Positions 1 through 9,578 of a stretch of 64,000 nucleotides of DNA are shown piece by piece. Every line of letters begins with the position of its first letter. Position 1 is the first letter of the stretch. The stretch is from an uncultured Bacilli bacterium (GTDB lineage: Bacteria > Bacillota_I > Bacilli_A > RF39 > UBA660): assembly GCA_910576795.1 (NCBI GenBank), contig CAJTIX010000005.1, forward strand, positions 6,804 through 70,803. The letters are read 5' to 3'. Under the pieces are notes generated by a model. The model searched no databases. It saw nothing but the letters and a program-made list of their open reading frames with translations, and was not told the origin of the DNA. Made by a program: the position numbers and the translations under genes.

Positions 1-25
1 AAAATTACACACGAATATTTTCTTA

Positions 26-1096
26 ATGAGAGAAAACTATAGGCAAGGAAAGATAGAAGAAATCATGAATCAAATAGATACTATGATAAACAAAGAAAAG
101 CGATTACTTTCCGATATACAATTGATTGATATTACACGTAAGAAAACAGAACCTCCAAAATCTAAAAACGATTATAGAAAAAGCCTGTATATCGTTGTAT
201 CATTATTGGAAGCGTTGTTACTGAGTCTCACCATACCCCAATTGATAAGAAAATCATCAAAATACCAAAATATTTCTTATTATGATATGGTTCAAATGTT
301 ATATGAAACACTAAAAAACAATCCCAATATTGATTCTAAATATTTTGAGTCAATGGAAAGATTACGTGATTTTTTTAAGAATACATCTGTAATTGATTAC
401 GAAATTATTGATAGTAAATTTGCAACTTTAAAAATAGAAGAATCTGATGATGTTAAAATTTATGAAAATGGATCTATGGTACTTGCAAGTTATAAACATT
501 GGATAAATACCATTACCATATATCCAAATGCTGGTGGAAGCGAAAAAGATATTACACATGAAATGTTTCATATGATAGGTAGACTAGATGATTATCATTA
601 TCTAAATGAAGGAATTACAGAACTACTGGATAGAGAGTTTTGTGGAGAAGATGATGAGAAATATTATCCACAACAAGTTAATTGCGTGAAAATTCTATGT
701 GAGTTAATTCTACCAGAAGTGATTTTAGAAGCATATTGTAGTTATGATGCGACTCCAATTATAGAGGCATTGACACCCCTTTGTAATGACCAAGACACTG
801 CTAGGTTATTACTACAAGAAATGGAATATTATTGTGAGAAAAGTGCAATCGGAACACCCACATACAAAGATGTCATTCGGTTTAGAACCGCTATTTATGA
901 TTTGATTGATCAACAGAAAATTGTAGACAAGAATATAAAACAAATAGAAACTTATTTAGAATATATTGCAAACCCATCATGGGAAACAGACGCTGAACCA
1001 ATATTGTACTGGAATAATTCTGATATGAATTTAGGATTTACTAAAAGAAAAGTATTTTCAAGCCATACAAAATCAGATATAATATATGATAGGTGA
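26..1096 (+). CDS. hypothetical membrane-anchored protein with HExxH metallopeptidase-like motif
   Basis: 356-aa ORF with hydrophobic helix LYIVVSLLEALLLSLTIPQL and motif ITHEMFHMIG. The frame stays open back to base 2, so the true start may lie upstream of the window. Confidence 0.45.
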   Translation: MRENYRQGKIEEIMNQIDTMINKEKRLLSDIQLIDITRKKTEPPKSKNDYRKSLYIVVSLLEALLLSLTIPQLIRKSSKYQNISYYDMVQMLYETLKNNPNIDSKYFESMERLRDFFKNTSVIDYEIIDSKFATLKIEESDDVKIYENGSMVLASYKHWINTITIYPNAGGSEKDITHEMFHMIGRLDDYHYLNEGITELLDREFCGEDDEKYYPQQVNCVKILCELILPEVILEAYCSYDATPIIEALTPLCNDQDTARLLLQEMEYYCEKSAIGTPTYKDVIRFRTAIYDLIDQQKIVDKNIKQIETYLEYIANPSWETDAEPILYWNNSDMNLGFTKRKVFSSHTKSDIIYDR

Positions 1097-1100
1097 GATA

Positions 1101-1760
1101 ATGAAACTTTTAGATAAAATGAAGATTATTCCAAATCATATAGATTTATATGAAACCGCTTTTACCCATACTTCATTTGCAAACGAAGAAAACACTGTAA
1201 GCTATGAACGCTTGGAATATTTAGGTGATGCAGTTTTAGAGTTGATTATTAGTGAATATTTATATCAAAATACTACCTATGAAGAAGGCATGATGACCAA
1301 ATTACGTGCTCATTATGTATGTGAAACCGCTCTTTATGAATATTCAATTAGACTCGGATTAAATGAATATTTGAAATTAGGTCATGGAGAAGAACAAACA
1401 GGAGGAAAATATCGTAAAGCTATTGTTGCTGATATCTTTGAATCCTTTGTTGGTGCTTTATTCTTAGATCAAGGAATAGAAGTTGCAAAACAATTTATTT
1501 ATGATACTGTAATTCCTTGTATTGAACATCAAGAATTTGACTTTTTTAGTGACTATAAATCCCAATTACAAGAGTTGGTTCAAACCGATCAACGTAGTTT
1601 AACATACCATATTATCAAAGAAGAGGGACCTGCCCATAATAGAACCTTTACTGCTACTGTCGAAATCGATGGTATTGTCTATGGAACTGGAATTGCCCAT
1701 AGTAAAAAAGAAGCAGAACAAGAAGCAGCAAAAGATGCTCTCAAAAAAAGTGTAAAATGA
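1101..1760 (+). CDS. rnc: ribonuclease III
   Basis: ERLEYLGDAVLE RNase III signature and C-terminal dsRNA-binding-like tail (KKEAEQEAAKDAL). ATG 1101 follows an AGGTGAG RBS and is preferred over track start 1086. Confidence 0.93.
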   Translation: MKLLDKMKIIPNHIDLYETAFTHTSFANEENTVSYERLEYLGDAVLELIISEYLYQNTTYEEGMMTKLRAHYVCETALYEYSIRLGLNEYLKLGHGEEQTGGKYRKAIVADIFESFVGALFLDQGIEVAKQFIYDTVIPCIEHQEFDFFSDYKSQLQELVQTDQRSLTYHIIKEEGPAHNRTFTATVEIDGIVYGTGIAHSKKEAEQEAAKDALKKSVK

Positions 1761-1786
1761 AAGAGACTTGTGTGGTCTCTTTTATA
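1760..1786. terminator. bidirectional rho-independent terminator between rnc and sspI
   Basis: AAAGAGAC / GTCTCTTT 8-bp stem with a 7-nt loop, followed by a T-run. Confidence 0.6.
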
Positions 1787-1985
1787 AATGGCTTTGAATG
1801 GTTTCTAATATTGTTTCTTTTAAGTTATCATCGCTACCATTCCATAAAATTTCAAAAAATACACCAAGTCCTGGTAGGACGACTTCATCCTTAGATTCAA
1901 TCGAAGCCACAATGGATTCCTTGATTTCTGCTTGATCAGAATCTTTGAAATTTTTTCGAATATGTTCCCTAATTTTGATATCCAT
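1782..1985 (-). CDS. sspI: small acid-soluble spore protein SspI-like
   Basis: MDIKIREHI...LPGLGVFFEILW resembles the B. subtilis SspI core (LPGLGVLFEVIW, recalled from memory). The internal ATG at 1985 gives a typical ~67-aa product. Confidence 0.65.
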   Translation of the reverse strand: MDIKIREHIRKNFKDSDQAEIKESIVASIESKDEVVLPGLGVFFEILWNGSDDNLKETILETIQSHL

Positions 1986-2103
1986 ATAATCTGTCCTTTC
2001 CTTTCTAGTTTGTAAAAAAATCATATATTTATACAATTTATTCAAAATTTATTTCTTTTTTTAATAAAAAACGGTATAATGGAAATAGAGTAGGAGGAAT
2101 AAA

Positions 2104-2652
2104 ATGGTATGGATTATCATTGCAGTAGTAGTTGTACTTCTCATTTTATATGTAATGGGGACTTATAACACGCTGGTAAGATTACGCAATAGGGTAAAGG
2201 ATCAATGGGCACAAATTGAAGTGTTATTGAAAAGAAGAGCTGATTTAATACCAAATTTAGTAGAAACTGTAAAGGGATATGCAAGTCATGAAAAGACGAC
2301 ACTAGAAGGTGTGATTGAAGCCAGAAACAAGGCAATTTCTGCAACAACACCAGAAGCAGAAATGAAAGCGAGTGGAGAACTTTCACAAGCAATCAGTCGT
2401 TTATTCGCACTGACAGAAGCCTATCCTGATTTAAAGGCCAATACCAATTTTGTAGATTTACAAAATAATCTAAAAGAAACAGAAGACAAAATATCATTTG
2501 GCAGACAATTTTATAATGATACAGTTCTAAAATACAAAGATAAATTAGAAATGTTTCCATCTAATATAATTGCCAGTATATTTGGATTCAAACCAGAACT
2601 ATTCTTTGAGGCAAGTGAAGCCGATAGAGAAGTTCCAAAGGTTCAATTTTAG
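2104..2652 (+). CDS. lemA: LemA family membrane protein
   Basis: N-terminal TM helix, then YNTLVRLRNRVKDQWAQIEVLLKRRADLIPNLVETVKGYASHE, typical of LemA. Strong RBS GGAGGA. Confidence 0.9.
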   Translation: MVWIIIAVVVVLLILYVMGTYNTLVRLRNRVKDQWAQIEVLLKRRADLIPNLVETVKGYASHEKTTLEGVIEARNKAISATTPEAEMKASGELSQAISRLFALTEAYPDLKANTNFVDLQNNLKETEDKISFGRQFYNDTVLKYKDKLEMFPSNIIASIFGFKPELFFEASEADREVPKVQF

Positions 2653-2691
2653 GCTTACATCAGTAAGTCTTTTTTGAAAAAGGAGTGTACA

Positions 2692-4587
2692 ATGAAAAAA
2701 GGTCTACAAATTATAATTTTAACAATATTATTATGCTTACCAATTAGAGTATGTGCCAAAGATGGAATTTCCAATTATTATATTGATTTAACTGTTGAAA
2801 AAAACGGAGATGTAACAGTTGAAGAGTTATTTGTGCTAGAAGGTAGTTACAATGGATACGAACGTATTATTAATTATAGTGGGGCCTCTAATACTTTCAA
2901 TGGAAATTTAGAATCCTTTAATGGAAGTCGTATATATAATGGGGATTCTGTAGAAATAGAAGAAGTGAAAAGTATTGCCATTTCTTCTAATAGTACCTTT
3001 TCAGATTTGAAAAAAGAAGGAACGCTATTTCAGAAAAGTACCAATGTATCCACTGGTGAATTTGGTAAGTATAAGGTAAATAATACAAATAAAGGAAAAA
3101 CTATTCGTATATATAATCCTTCTTCTAAAAAACAAAGAGGTTTCTATATTAAGTATAGGATTACCAATATGGCTGTAGTTCATAATGATATTGCAGAAGT
3201 TGGGTTCAATTTATTTTCAGATGAGCAATTAGAAAATATTGATTCATTAGAAATGCATATTCATATTCCAGAAAATCAAACTGAGTTAAGAGCTTGGGCA
3301 CATGGACCTTTATGGGGAGAAACAAAAAATATAAGCAAAAAAGAAATGCAATTAAATATTACATCATTAGATGCACAACAAGCAGTCGATATTCGTTTTG
3401 TATTTGATAAAAATGTAGTTCCTTATAGTGTCAAAAAAAGTGGAGTAAACGGGCTCAATTCCATTTTAACAGTGGAAGATAAAAAGGCAAAAGAGGCCAA
3501 TGCGGCTCGTGAACAAGCGCGAGAAGATGAAAAATATAAAAAAATGATTGGGAATATTTTCTTTGTTTGTGGAATTCTTTGGCTCATTGGTCTTATCGTT
3601 ATAATCATTTATGTATATCGTAAGCATGATAGGGAATATAAAAATACTTTGCCTTCCAAATATTATAGAGAATTTCCAGATACCTATGGACCAGAAGTAG
3701 TAGGCTATTTATTGCATAAACAAATTTCCAATAATGATTTATCGGCCTCTATTCTAAATTTAATATATAAAAAGGCTATCTCTTATGAACCACTAGAAAA
3801 AGACAATTATAAATTAACCAATTTACATGCAACTGATGTAACTGAAACAGAACAAAAATTACTAGATTGGTTGTTCCATGATCAAGAAGAGATTACTTTG
3901 TCACAACTAAAAAAAGAAGCTAGGTCATCATATGAACCATTTTTAAATCGTTATAATACTTGGCGTGAAAAAGCCAAAAGACAAGGTGAAAGCTATCACT
4001 TCTATGAATCTTCTACAAAGAGTAAAGTGCTTTCTATCTTATATTGCGTACTCGGTTTAGTAATACCGCTATCATTTATGCTAATTGGTATGGTCAATAT
4101 ATGCATCATTTTATTGGCTACTTTTATTCAATTTGCAGCAATTTGTTCCATTATTTATTTTGCAGCTTATACCAAGCGTTCAAAAGAGGGAAACGAAGCT
4201 TATCATAAATGGATTGGACTTAAAAATTTTATGAATGATTTTGGTAACTTTGACGAAAAAGAACTTCCTGAAATCGCATTATGGGAAAAATATTTAGTAT
4301 ATGCAGTGAGTTTAGGATGTGCTAAAAAACTAATCAAAACGATGGAAATTAAGGTACGAGACTTAGAAGTTGCAGGTCAATCAATTGATACTACATTAAT
4401 TGATCTTTCTCGTATGCATTTATGGATATCATTGAATCAAAATTTATCTAGTACAGTCACTTCTGCCATTAGTTCCGCTCAATCTAGGGTAGCAAGTAGT
4501 AGTAATTCATCCTCTGGTGGTTTTGGAGGAGGATTCTCTGGAGGAGGAGGCTCTTTCGGTGGTGGAGGCGGAGGAGGCCGCTTTTAG
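2692..4587 (+). CDS. DUF2207 domain-containing membrane protein
   Basis: Signal peptide, large ectodomain, several TM helices and a Gly-rich tail (GGFGGGFSGGGGSFGGGGGGGRF). Shows the usual pairing downstream of lemA. ATG 2692 follows an AAGGAG RBS. Confidence 0.8.
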   Translation: MKKGLQIIILTILLCLPIRVCAKDGISNYYIDLTVEKNGDVTVEELFVLEGSYNGYERIINYSGASNTFNGNLESFNGSRIYNGDSVEIEEVKSIAISSNSTFSDLKKEGTLFQKSTNVSTGEFGKYKVNNTNKGKTIRIYNPSSKKQRGFYIKYRITNMAVVHNDIAEVGFNLFSDEQLENIDSLEMHIHIPENQTELRAWAHGPLWGETKNISKKEMQLNITSLDAQQAVDIRFVFDKNVVPYSVKKSGVNGLNSILTVEDKKAKEANAAREQAREDEKYKKMIGNIFFVCGILWLIGLIVIIIYVYRKHDREYKNTLPSKYYREFPDTYGPEVVGYLLHKQISNNDLSASILNLIYKKAISYEPLEKDNYKLTNLHATDVTETEQKLLDWLFHDQEEITLSQLKKEARSSYEPFLNRYNTWREKAKRQGESYHFYESSTKSKVLSILYCVLGLVIPLSFMLIGMVNICIILLATFIQFAAICSIIYFAAYTKRSKEGNEAYHKWIGLKNFMNDFGNFDEKELPEIALWEKYLVYAVSLGCAKKLIKTMEIKVRDLEVAGQSIDTTLIDLSRMHLWISLNQNLSSTVTSAISSAQSRVASSSNSSSGGFGGGFSGGGGSFGGGGGGGRF

Positions 4588-4635
4588 CCTGTATAAAAAC
4601 CATATAACATGTTAAACTATAATTGAGGTGAAACA

Positions 4636-4851
4636 ATGGAATTTCATAAAAATCAGTTTTTTAAAAATGAACCCACCAAATTGGCAGGAAACAAGGTACT
4701 TGCTAAAAGTAGTCCTTTTGAATTATCCAAACGTTTTCTTCAACAAAGTAAAAAAAATGTGATAGAAGAAAAACCAATGACGCCAGAGCGTAGATTGGAA
4801 GAACAGCGCAATCAAAAGCATTTTCTAAAACAGAACCCTTTTCAAAAATAA
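4636..4851 (+). CDS. hypothetical small basic protein
   Basis: 71-aa ORF with a GAGGTG RBS. No recognisable family. Confidence 0.35.
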   Translation: MEFHKNQFFKNEPTKLAGNKVLAKSSPFELSKRFLQQSKKNVIEEKPMTPERRLEEQRNQKHFLKQNPFQK

Positions 4852-4913
4852 TCGCGTTTTCCTATAACTTGTGATATAATGAATAAAGTAAAAGAATAAT
4901 TGGTGGTGATAAA

Positions 4914-5333
4914 GTGGATATAAACGAAGATATTCCAACAAATATTGAAGAAAAGATGAGACAAGATTCACTGGACCGAGATCGTATTATGGAAGAGGTA
5001 AATCGTAATTTAGATAGCCATAGCCGTAGAATTGTAGAATACGATCAAAAAGCCAAAACATTGGATATACTAGAAGTAAAATATAACAGTTTGGAACGTG
5101 AAAGCAAAGAAACCATCACTACAATGCAAAAAAAAATAGAAATACTGACTGAAGAAAATGCCAATTTAGAAAATGAAGTGATGATATTAAGAAGAACTGT
5201 TTTGAATTATAAAAGTAAAACGACTGGTCTTCAATCTGTTGTAGAATTAATGATCAATGATTTTGGAATCGATCAAGTTGTTTTAGCAACAGGAATTGAT
5301 AAAGATAAATTAAAGGATTTTTTGAAAAATTAA
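4914..5333 (+). CDS. hypothetical coiled-coil protein
   Basis: 139-aa ORF with a GTG start after GGTGGTGA. Heptad-rich (LERESKETITTMQKKIEILTEENANLENEVMILRR). Confidence 0.45.
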   Translation: MDINEDIPTNIEEKMRQDSLDRDRIMEEVNRNLDSHSRRIVEYDQKAKTLDILEVKYNSLERESKETITTMQKKIEILTEENANLENEVMILRRTVLNYKSKTTGLQSVVELMINDFGIDQVVLATGIDKDKLKDFLKN

Positions 5334-5380
5334 GAACATTGTAATTGACAAAATATGCGAATTCATTTTTAAGTAATATA

Positions 5381-5405
5381 AAAACTCACAAATAGTGAGT
5401 TTTTT
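5381..5405. terminator. bidirectional terminator
   Basis: AAAACTCAC / GTGAGTTTT stem with loop AAATA, flanked by A and T runs. Confidence 0.65.
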
Positions 5406-5724
5406 ACATCATTTGATAATTGGAACTATTATATTTAGTATTAGAATAATTAATAGAATTAGAACTATTATACATGTTTTCTAGATTCGTAATTCGTTTA
5501 TCTAAAAGTACCATTTGTTGTTCTAAATTATTGATTTGTTGTTCAATGGTATTAGAAGATACAGTATTAGATGGTACATTGTTCATCATTGGATATCCTT
5601 GCATTGGCATACTTGGCGCCATAGGTGGTTGCATAGGCATTGGATATCCCATAGGGGCTCCCATTCCTGGATATTGTGGATAAACTGGATAAGAAGGGCC
5701 ACCACATTGTCTATCTTTTTTCAT
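5404..5724 (-). CDS. Pro/Met/Tyr-rich low-complexity protein, possibly spore-coat-like
   Basis: MKKDRQCGGPSYPVYPQYPGMGAPMGYPMPMQPPMAPSMPMQGYPMM followed by a short coiled coil. ATG 5724 follows an AGGAGTG RBS. Confidence 0.5.
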   Translation of the reverse strand: MKKDRQCGGPSYPVYPQYPGMGAPMGYPMPMQPPMAPSMPMQGYPMMNNVPSNTVSSNTIEQQINNLEQQMVLLDKRITNLENMYNSSNSINYSNTKYNSSNYQMM

Positions 5725-5798
5725 ATTTTCAACACTCCTATCTAACATAAGTATATGCATTTATCCATAATGTGTGTTACAATAAAGATGGTGAAAGT

Positions 5799-6422
5799 AT
5801 GGTAGATTTATATCAGTATGAAAAAGAATTATATCAACAAAATATTTATTACATAGGTGGAGTAGATGAAGTAGGAAGAGGCCCTTTGATAGGACCCGTG
5901 GTAGCAGCCTGTTGTGTATTACCTGAAAACTTTGTATTAGAAGGACTTACCGATTCCAAAAAATTAACCGAAAAGAAAAGAGAACAATTTTATCCTTACA
6001 TTATAGAACATTGTCTTGCATATGGGATTGGTATTATCTCTCCAGAAGTAATTGATGAAGTTAACATTTATGAAGCAACCAAACTTGCAATGAAAAAAGC
6101 CATTGAGGAAGTACAAAAGAAACTTCCATTGGAACATGTGTTGATTGATGCGATGAAATTAGAATTAAATATTCCAAGTACTTCCATCATCAAAGGAGAT
6201 GCGAAAAGTATTTCGATTGCGGCCGCAAGTGTGATTGCTAAAGTGACAAGAGATCATATGATGATGGAACTGGATCAAGAATATCCAATGTATGGATATA
6301 AAAATCATAAAGGATATCCAACCAAAAAACATATTGAAGCAATCCATCAATATGGATTAATTGAAGGGTACCGAAAAACATATGGACCTATTAAAGATTA
6401 TATAGAGGGAGTGCAATTATGA
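5799..6422 (+). CDS. rnhB: ribonuclease HII
   Basis: GGVDEVGRGPLIGPVVAA catalytic motif and SIAAASVIAKVTRD. ATG 5799 is preferred over the track start. Confidence 0.92.
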   Translation: MVDLYQYEKELYQQNIYYIGGVDEVGRGPLIGPVVAACCVLPENFVLEGLTDSKKLTEKKREQFYPYIIEHCLAYGIGIISPEVIDEVNIYEATKLAMKKAIEEVQKKLPLEHVLIDAMKLELNIPSTSIIKGDAKSISIAAASVIAKVTRDHMMMELDQEYPMYGYKNHKGYPTKKHIEAIHQYGLIEGYRKTYGPIKDYIEGVQL

Positions 6423-7339
6423 ACCAATATTGTTTAATTACACACATTGCAGATCCAGATGGAGCTTTTCCAATTATTTTAATGAAATTGGTATTTTCTA
6501 ATACGGATTTTTATTCTTGTGAAGTAAAAGAAGTTGATGATATCTTAAAAGAAGCATTACAGAAAGAATATGAAAAAATTTATATTGTGGATTTAAATAT
6601 ATCAAAGGAAATGGCTGCATTTGTAGATCAAATAGCAAAAGAAAAAGTAGAAGTTTATGATCATCATGAAAGTAATCTTGAATTAAACCAATATGCATTT
6701 GAACATGTCGTCGTAAACAGTGGAAAACGAAAAGAGTGTGGGACTACTTTATTTTACGAATATTTAAAACAACATACCAAACATCCAGTACTTGAAAATA
6801 ATGCACTAAAACAAATGATTGAATTTGTAAGAGAAAATGATACCTTTGACTTTATAGACGCCTATAGACAAGATGCGATTCATTTCCGTATGCTTTATGA
6901 TATCTATGGTAGAGAGACCTATATCGAACATTTTTTAAACTATATTATTGAAAACGATACATTTCAGTTTACAGAAACAGAAAAGGCGATTATAGATGTG
7001 TTAGAAGAACAAACAGAACGTTATATTACTGAAAAGCTAGAACATGTTCAATTTGGAACTATCGATGGTGTAAAAGTGGGAATTGTCTTTGCAGAACAAC
7101 ATAGAAGTTACCTTGGAAATCGTATGGCAGAACTTTACAAAGATAAGATTGATATTGCCATCATCATTAATGTGGATAGAAGTGTTTCTTATAGGGCCAT
7201 CAAACCAGACATAAATATCAATATACTTGCTCAGAAATATAATGGTGGCGGTCATAAACATGCAGGCGGAAGTCCATTACCAAGTGATCTTCAAAAGCAA
7301 ATTATAGGTCTTTTATTTGAAGAAAGTGAGATTTTATAA
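6419..7339 (+). CDS. DHH/DHHA1 family phosphoesterase (NrnA-like)
   Basis: ADPDGAF, DHHES and GGGHKHAGG motifs. ATGA overlap with rnhB. Confidence 0.85.
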   Translation: MNQYCLITHIADPDGAFPIILMKLVFSNTDFYSCEVKEVDDILKEALQKEYEKIYIVDLNISKEMAAFVDQIAKEKVEVYDHHESNLELNQYAFEHVVVNSGKRKECGTTLFYEYLKQHTKHPVLENNALKQMIEFVRENDTFDFIDAYRQDAIHFRMLYDIYGRETYIEHFLNYIIENDTFQFTETEKAIIDVLEEQTERYITEKLEHVQFGTIDGVKVGIVFAEQHRSYLGNRMAELYKDKIDIAIIINVDRSVSYRAIKPDININILAQKYNGGGHKHAGGSPLPSDLQKQIIGLLFEESEIL

Positions 7340-7858
7340 ATGGAATTTGTAGATGTATTAGATGAAAACGGAGAAAAAACAGGTATTATAAAAGAACGTT
7401 CCCTTGCGAAAAAAGATAAAGATTATACCCTTGGTGTTCATGTATGGATTCAAAATAGTAAGGGTGAAATCTTACTACAAAAACGTAGTATGGAAAAGCA
7501 TTCTTTTGCGGGAATGTGGGATACAACAGGTGGAAGAGCACGTGCGAAAGAAAGTAGTAAAGAATCTATGCAAAGAGAATTGAAAGAAGAACTTGGAATT
7601 GAAATATCAGCTTCTGATTTACAATTTCTATTCCGCTTTCCTGCACAAAAGAATAGTAAACCCATGTTTTTGGATGTTTATTTTTTAAAAAAGGATATTG
7701 ACTTAAAGACACTTACACTCCAAAAAGAAGAAGTAGAAGATGTTTGTTATGTCCCACTATCGATTGTGAAAAAGTGGTATTTAGAAAATCCAAATTTTGT
7801 AAAACAACCTTATTTTATGGATGTATTAAAGCGATTGGAGAACACATATGAATGTTAG
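7340..7858 (+). CDS. NUDIX hydrolase
   Basis: Nudix box GGRARAKESSKESMQRELKEELGI. Confidence 0.85.
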   Translation: MEFVDVLDENGEKTGIIKERSLAKKDKDYTLGVHVWIQNSKGEILLQKRSMEKHSFAGMWDTTGGRARAKESSKESMQRELKEELGIEISASDLQFLFRFPAQKNSKPMFLDVYFLKKDIDLKTLTLQKEEVEDVCYVPLSIVKKWYLENPNFVKQPYFMDVLKRLENTYEC

Positions 7859-8387
7859 AAAAATTCAAGTAGGTTACCTATCTTGTAACTGTTATATTCT
7901 AGAACAGAAAGGAACTTGCCTTGTAATTGATCCAGGAGATGAACTTTATTCTATTGAAAAACAAATTGGAGACAATCAGTTACTTGCAGTGTTGATTACG
8001 CATCACCATGAAGATCATGTTGGAGCTTTAAAACCATTACTTCAAAAATATAATGTTCCTGTATATGATTTTCACACAACAAAGGAACAACAGTATAAAG
8101 TGGGTCCCTTTGATTTTGAAGTGATTCATACGCCAGGACATACCAGTGATTCTATTACCTTCTATTTTTATTTATATCAACTGATATTTGTAGGAGACTT
8201 TATTTTTAAAGGGTCTATTGGTAGAACTGATTTGGAAACTGGAAATGCACTTACGATGAATGAAAGTATCGACAAAATAAAGAAATATCCTGAAATAATT
8301 AAATGTTATCCTGGACATGGGGAAAATACAAGTTTAAAAGAAGAGAAAGAAAATAATTATTTCTTTCTTCACAATGACTTGTCATGA
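7848..8387 (+). CDS. MBL-fold metallo-hydrolase
   Basis: THHHEDHVGA metal-binding motif, HTPGHT and a GDF motif. Confidence 0.85.
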   Translation: MNVRKIQVGYLSCNCYILEQKGTCLVIDPGDELYSIEKQIGDNQLLAVLITHHHEDHVGALKPLLQKYNVPVYDFHTTKEQQYKVGPFDFEVIHTPGHTSDSITFYFYLYQLIFVGDFIFKGSIGRTDLETGNALTMNESIDKIKKYPEIIKCYPGHGENTSLKEEKENNYFFLHNDLS

Positions 8388-8503
8388 TATACTATTATAG
8401 TAAGTATGCAATTAAATCATAAGAAAGTTGCAAATTACAAATCAAGAAAATATAAATTTATAAACAGGGAAAAAGAACAAATTTTATATGAAGGAGTGAA
8501 AAT

Positions 8504-9430
8504 ATGAAAAAACAAGGATTTACATTAGTGGAATTATTAGCAGTCATTGTAATATTAGCAGTTATTGCAGTCATTACAGTTCCTCTAATTGGAGATATAA
8601 TTGAAAAGAGTAAAAAAGGATCATTGGAAGATAGTGCATATGGTTTAGTGGAGGCTGCAGGTTTATATTACACTACAGGAAACATCATTGAAGGGGCACA
8701 AGAACCTATCACATTTGACTTTGAGGGTGGAAAACAAATAAGTGAACACAAATTAGAATATAAAGGAAAAGTAGAAGAGGGAAAAGTAATTCTAAATACC
8801 AATGGGAAGGTAGTACTTTGTATCAGTGATGGAAAATACTATGCCTATAAAAACCAAGAAGAAAGTAAAATAACAAGTGGAATAGGAAGCTGTAGTTATA
8901 ATGGAGAAACAGGAGATTTTGATATTATAAGCGATGTCGATACATTGAATGCACGTATTGCCGCTTTACAGGAAGAAATCAATAAGGGGAAAACTGTTTT
9001 AGCAGAAGCCATAACAGGTAAAGGGATTACGACTTCTACTACAAATTCTTTTGAAGAAATGGCAACAAATATTAGTCAGTTATCTTCAGAAGTTGGAAAT
9101 ATGGTTTTGAAACAAAGTGTTGAAGGAAATGTGAATTTAACTGGAGATAATAAAGTAAAGGAACAAACTGTAACCGCAACTTATACAACTGAAAAAGATT
9201 GTCATTATACCTGTCATGCATATATTAGTCAAGGAGCACCTGCCTATATAGCCAATAATTATGCAACAATGCCTGGCTCTCAAATAATTGCTAAACCAGA
9301 TGCTTCATGGCCAGAATTTATGAATATTGGTACTGCTAGAGCAGGGGAAACTATCACATGTAGTTATTACGTTGCAATTAATGCAAGCTGGGAAAAATTT
9401 TATGTAGACATTTATACAGATGAAAAATAA
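8504..9430 (+). CDS. prepilin-type N-terminal cleavage/methylation domain protein (308 aa)
   Basis: MKKQG|FTLVELLAVIVILAVIAVI class-III signal peptide with Glu at +5. Confidence 0.8.
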   Translation: MKKQGFTLVELLAVIVILAVIAVITVPLIGDIIEKSKKGSLEDSAYGLVEAAGLYYTTGNIIEGAQEPITFDFEGGKQISEHKLEYKGKVEEGKVILNTNGKVVLCISDGKYYAYKNQEESKITSGIGSCSYNGETGDFDIISDVDTLNARIAALQEEINKGKTVLAEAITGKGITTSTTNSFEEMATNISQLSSEVGNMVLKQSVEGNVNLTGDNKVKEQTVTATYTTEKDCHYTCHAYISQGAPAYIANNYATMPGSQIIAKPDASWPEFMNIGTARAGETITCSYYVAINASWEKFYVDIYTDEK

Positions 9431-9445
9431 AAATCGATAAAACGG

Positions 9446-9489
9446 AAAGACTGAGTGAAAATAAGAACTTTTCATTTAGTCTTTTTTTT
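9446..9489 (+). terminator. rho-independent terminator after the prepilin-like gene
   Basis: 16-bp stem (AAAGACTGAGTGAAAA / CTTTTCATTTAGTCTTT, two G-U pairs) followed by T8. Confidence 0.7.
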
Positions 9490-9506
9490 ATTTTCTATAA
9501 AAACTA

Positions 9507-9535
9507 TTTACAAAAACCAAATTAAATAGTAGAAT
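9507..9535 (+). promoter_or_regulatory. sigma-A-type promoter of the dcw operon
   Basis: TTTACA-17 nt-TAGAAT. Confidence 0.55.
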
Positions 9536-9536
9536 A

Positions 9537-9570
9537 GTGGTAGTGAGTGGTTAAAAGTGGAGAGATGTGG
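9537..9570 (+). promoter_or_regulatory. putative MraZ operator (four phased GTGG boxes)
   Basis: GTGG at 9537, 9547, 9557 and 9567 with exact 10-bp spacing, between the -10 box and the mraZ start. Confidence 0.6.
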
Positions 9571-9578
9571 GTGATTTT

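Noticed and set aside
2141-2392. Antisense 83-aa ORF inside lemA. The same applies to 3423-3608, 5474-5745, 6165-6350, 6498-6698, 7037-7261, 7450-7665, 9599-9892, 10445-11064, 11722-12072 and 13741-13974.
   Set aside because: These are shadow ORFs on the opposite strand of genes with clear family motifs. Their composition is Leu/Phe/Ser/Ile-rich, typical of AT-rich antisense frames, and they have no RBS.
9567-9578. GTG start for mraZ given by the ORF track.
   Set aside because: The GTG is itself the fourth GTGG operator box. MraZ orthologs begin MFMGEY.., so ATG 9579 was chosen.
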